DNA of 64,000 bases, from the NCBI GenBank assembly GCA_040222015.1, contig JAVJWO010000049.1:1-64000 (forward strand), written 5' to 3'. The translations under genes and the position numbers were made by a program. Shown here piece by piece: positions 62,755-64,000 of the stretch; positions within the stretch are counted from its first letter, which is position 1, and each line of letters begins with the position of its first letter. This DNA comes from Coleofasciculus chthonoplastes F2-STO-03. GTDB taxonomy: Bacteria > Cyanobacteriota > Cyanobacteriia > Cyanobacteriales > Coleofasciculaceae. Under the pieces are notes generated by a model. The model saw only the letters and a program-made list of their open reading frames with translations, was not told the DNA's origin and did not search any database.

Positions 62755-64000
62755 TGGGACAGTATCAGGGTTATGAACGGTACAATGATTCTGGTGTTGA
62801 GTGGTTGGGGGAGATTCCTGCACATTGGGATGTTGTGCCATTGAAAAGGCATTTATTGCCCCAGTCGGGGGCGATAAAAACTGGTCCATTCGGAAGCCAA
62901 TTGCTTTCATCTGAAATGGACGATCACGAAGTTAAGGTTTATAACCAAAGAAATGTTTTAGATCAAAATTTTGAATCAATAAAAAACTATATATCTCAAG
63001 AAAAATTTGAGTCCCTAAAATCATTTGAGGTATTTACTGGTGATTTTTTAATAACAACTAGAGGGACGATTGGTAAATGTGCAATTGCTCCCAAAGATTC
63101 TCAACGGAGAATTTTACATCCTTGTTTAATGAGATTGCAAATTAACCCTTTAACTTTATCAAATAATTTTCTAATGTATTTGCTCCAAGATGGAGAAGTT
63201 ATTCTTGAACAATTAAAAGCAAAAAGTAACGCCACAACAATTGAAGTTATATACTCAGATAGCCTAAAATCTGTTTATCTTCCAATCCCGCCACTGGAAG
63301 AACAGAACGCGATCGCACAATTTCTCGACCACAAAACCAGCCAAATAGATGCCCTCATTTCCAAGAAAGAAGCCCTCCTCGAAAAACTCGACGAAAAACG
63401 CACCGCCCTCATCAGCCACGCTGTCACCAAAGGACTCGATCCAACCGTCCCCATGAAAGATTCTGGCATCGAGTGGCTAGGTGATATCCCTGCACATTGG
63501 GAAGCGGTAGGCTTAACCAAATATTTGCAGTCCTTAGTAGATTATCGAGGCAAAACACCGGAAAAGACAAAAGATGGGGTTTTCTTAGTAACAGCAAAAA
63601 ACATTAAGAATGGTGTAATTGACTATTCATTATCTCAAGAGTTCGTCAAAGAAGATGAGTATGATGAGATAATGAGACGCGGTAAACCTGAAATTGGCGA
63701 TGTTTTGTTAACAACTGAAGCACCCCTTGGAGAAGTGGCAAATGTTGATGATACCAATATTGCTCTTGCCCAAAGGATCATAAAAATGCAAGGAAAAACT
63801 GATAGTTTAGATAACTACTTTTTGAAATATTGGATGTTGGGAGCATTTTTTTATCAAAACCTTCAATCCCTTTGTACTGGTTCGACTGCACTAGGAATTA
63901 AAGCTAGTAAACTTTGTTTACTAAAGGTTATTCTTCCGCCACTAGAAGAACAGAAGAAAATTGCTCAATATTTACGAGAAAAAATAGCCGAAATTGATCA
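62754..64000 (+). CDS. hsdS: Type I R-M specificity subunit; runs off the window
   Basis: DSGVEWLGEIPAHW, repeated as MKDSGIEWLGDIPAHW; PPLEEQ twice; TGPFGS. Confidence 0.95.
   Translation, partial: MGQYQGYERYNDSGVEWLGEIPAHWDVVPLKRHLLPQSGAIKTGPFGSQLLSSEMDDHEVKVYNQRNVLDQNFESIKNYISQEKFESLKSFEVFTGDFLITTRGTIGKCAIAPKDSQRRILHPCLMRLQINPLTLSNNFLMYLLQDGEVILEQLKAKSNATTIEVIYSDSLKSVYLPIPPLEEQNAIAQFLDHKTSQIDALISKKEALLEKLDEKRTALISHAVTKGLDPTVPMKDSGIEWLGDIPAHWEAVGLTKYLQSLVDYRGKTPEKTKDGVFLVTAKNIKNGVIDYSLSQEFVKEDEYDEIMRRGKPEIGDVLLTTEAPLGEVANVDDTNIALAQRIIKMQGKTDSLDNYFLKYWMLGAFFYQNLQSLCTGSTALGIKASKLCLLKVILPPLEEQKKIAQYLREKIAEID

Overview
Window from a filamentous cyanobacterial chromosome. Evidence: frequent HIP1 octamers (GCGATCGC), chlH, ictB, a GghA-type hydrolase, heptamer tandem repeats, PEP-CTERM and FG-GAP/RTX surface proteins. 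GghA suggests a salt-adapted lineage (inference). Core genes (ArsA/GET3 ATPase, metK, glgB, gghA, ictB, chlH, GH116) alternate with accessory DNA: a low-GC membrane glycosylation pair, a type II R-M pair, several toxin-antitoxin (TA) modules and remnants, a RAYT transposase with cognate REPs, a deleted IS605 tnpB, many MITE/REP repeats, and a type I R-M locus with a TA array between hsdM and hsdS. Main observations: (1) an ORF-less HEARO/IscB-type omegaRNA element just upstream of metK; (2) accessory blocks placed directly after a gene and followed by a displaced, often synonymously diverged copy of that gene's 3' end (GH116, chlH/RAYT, vapC), suggesting allele-replacing capture; (3) REP/RAYT- and HIP1-bounded cassettes; (4) four nested small elements. 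No tRNA, rRNA or CRISPR array was seen. All family names come from motif recognition, not database searches.
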